Shown piece after piece: positions 63,090 through 64,000 of a DNA stretch of 64,000 bases. Each line of letters starts with the position of its first letter. Position 1 is the stretch's first letter. This stretch comes from Truepera sp. (GTDB lineage Bacteria; Deinococcota; Deinococci; Deinococcales; Trueperaceae), in assembly GCA_965218435.1 (NCBI GenBank), contig CBDCKW010000009.1:1344001-1408000 (forward strand). Direction: 5' to 3'. The position numbers and the translations under genes were made by a program. Below the pieces are notes generated by a model, which worked only from the letters and a program-made list of their open reading frames with translations, searched no databases and was not told where the DNA came from.

Positions 63090-64000
63090 ATCATCTGCGA
63101 AATAGCGCCGAAGGAGTCAAAGGACTAAACTAGCAGGATGAAAGCGAGCCGCTTAAAGAGAAAGCCCAAGCATCTGTATAACTTCACAGGTTTAAGCGTC
63201 GAGCAGTTCAAGTTGCTTAGTAAAGCGGTCGAAGTACGCCTTGCCGAACCAAAAGGCACCCAGGGCAAATTACGTCAACGTGCAGTAGGCGGGGGACGCA
63301 AGGCAGAACTAGGGGTAGAGGATCAGGTTTTAGGGGTGCTGCTGTATTACCGTTTGTACCTGACCCAGCTGCTACTAGGCTACTTATTCAACTTGGATGA
63401 TAGTAACGTCAGCCGTTTGATCAGCAAACTTCGACCTGTACTACTTGAGGTTCTCCCCTTACCAGCGCACGAGACAGTTCTTTTTGGTCAAGCTAAAAGA
63501 AAGCGTATCGCAAGCCTAGAAGAACTGCTTGAGCAGCATCCTGAGTTCAAGGAAGTCTTGGTTGATGCTACCGAGCAAGAAATCCAGAAACCCAAAGACA
63601 AGCAAGAACGCAGAGACAAGTATTCAGGTAAGAAAAAGCGACATACGCTCAAGACCCAAATCACTGCCACCAACACAAAGCTTATCCTTCATGTGACACG
63701 TTCTTTACCAGGCAAATTCAGCGACGTCAACGTCCTTAGAGGTACCGGGGTGTTACGAGCTTTACCTACGGCTACCGAGGTCCGAGTGGACAAAGGATAT
63801 GACGGTATTGATAAGGATTTTCCCCATAGAACCTTCCATCAGCCCAGCAAAGCTAGAAGAAACAAACCCCTGGACTTCATCCAGAAATGCCTCAACAAAG
63901 TTCAAAACAGCCTGCGTTTTCCTGTCGAGCACACACTGGCTCACTTGAAACGCTTTAAGCTCTTAGCGGGTATCTACCGAGGCCCAAAAGCTGTTTATGA
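63089..64000 (+). mobile_element. IS5-family element, copy 2 (truncated by the window)
   Basis: Begins TA|AATCATCTGCGAAATA; sequence matches the reverse complement of copy 1 wherever compared. Confidence 0.9.
63138..64000 (+). CDS. IS5-family transposase (partial)
   Basis: MKASRLKRKPKH... matches the copy 1 protein; the ORF track shows identical antisense ORFs in both copies. Confidence 0.88.
   Translation, partial: MKASRLKRKPKHLYNFTGLSVEQFKLLSKAVEVRLAEPKGTQGKLRQRAVGGGRKAELGVEDQVLGVLLYYRLYLTQLLLGYLFNLDDSNVSRLISKLRPVLLEVLPLPAHETVLFGQAKRKRIASLEELLEQHPEFKEVLVDATEQEIQKPKDKQERRDKYSGKKKRHTLKTQITATNTKLILHVTRSLPGKFSDVNVLRGTGVLRALPTATEVRVDKGYDGIDKDFPHRTFHQPSKARRNKPLDFIQKCLNKVQNSLRFPVEHTLAHLKRFKLLAGIYRGPKAVY

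Overview
GC-rich bacterial chromosomal segment. It is probably Deinococcota, Truepera-like; this is inferred from a Thermus-type XylA, a split methylmalonyl-CoA mutase, and many genes with a TANNNT -10 box 5-6 nt before the start codon. Housekeeping and metabolic genes: pyrD, ubiX-ispD-ispE, ilvD, proC, mce, type I asparaginase, argG...argH-argA, MCM large subunit, tRNA-Trp. A ~20 kb sugar region holds xylose ABC + xylA, a ThuA/Gfo-Idh-MocA/TIM-barrel set and two further ABC systems; a GH15 lies nearby. There is also a PduO with two signal-peptide-less BtuF-like genes. Scattered AT-richer accessory genes include an NB-ARC/TPR STAND protein, DUF4238, an Imm5-like gene, a PD-(D/E)xK-like gene and orphan antitoxins. 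Mobile or decayed DNA: two apparently identical IS5-family copies (one splits a hicB), a MITE-like relic, a degenerate phage terminase downstream of tRNA-Trp, and several pseudogenes. The best unannotated signals are (1) an Arg-rich leader peptide (MSAHLTRRVRR) plus an intrinsic terminator between the ARG-boxed promoter and argG, a candidate arginine attenuator, and (2) strong HIP1-like over-representation of CTCGAG that is absent from the IS copies and several AT-rich inserts. No CRISPR array or rRNA was seen. All calls are by eye, without database searches.
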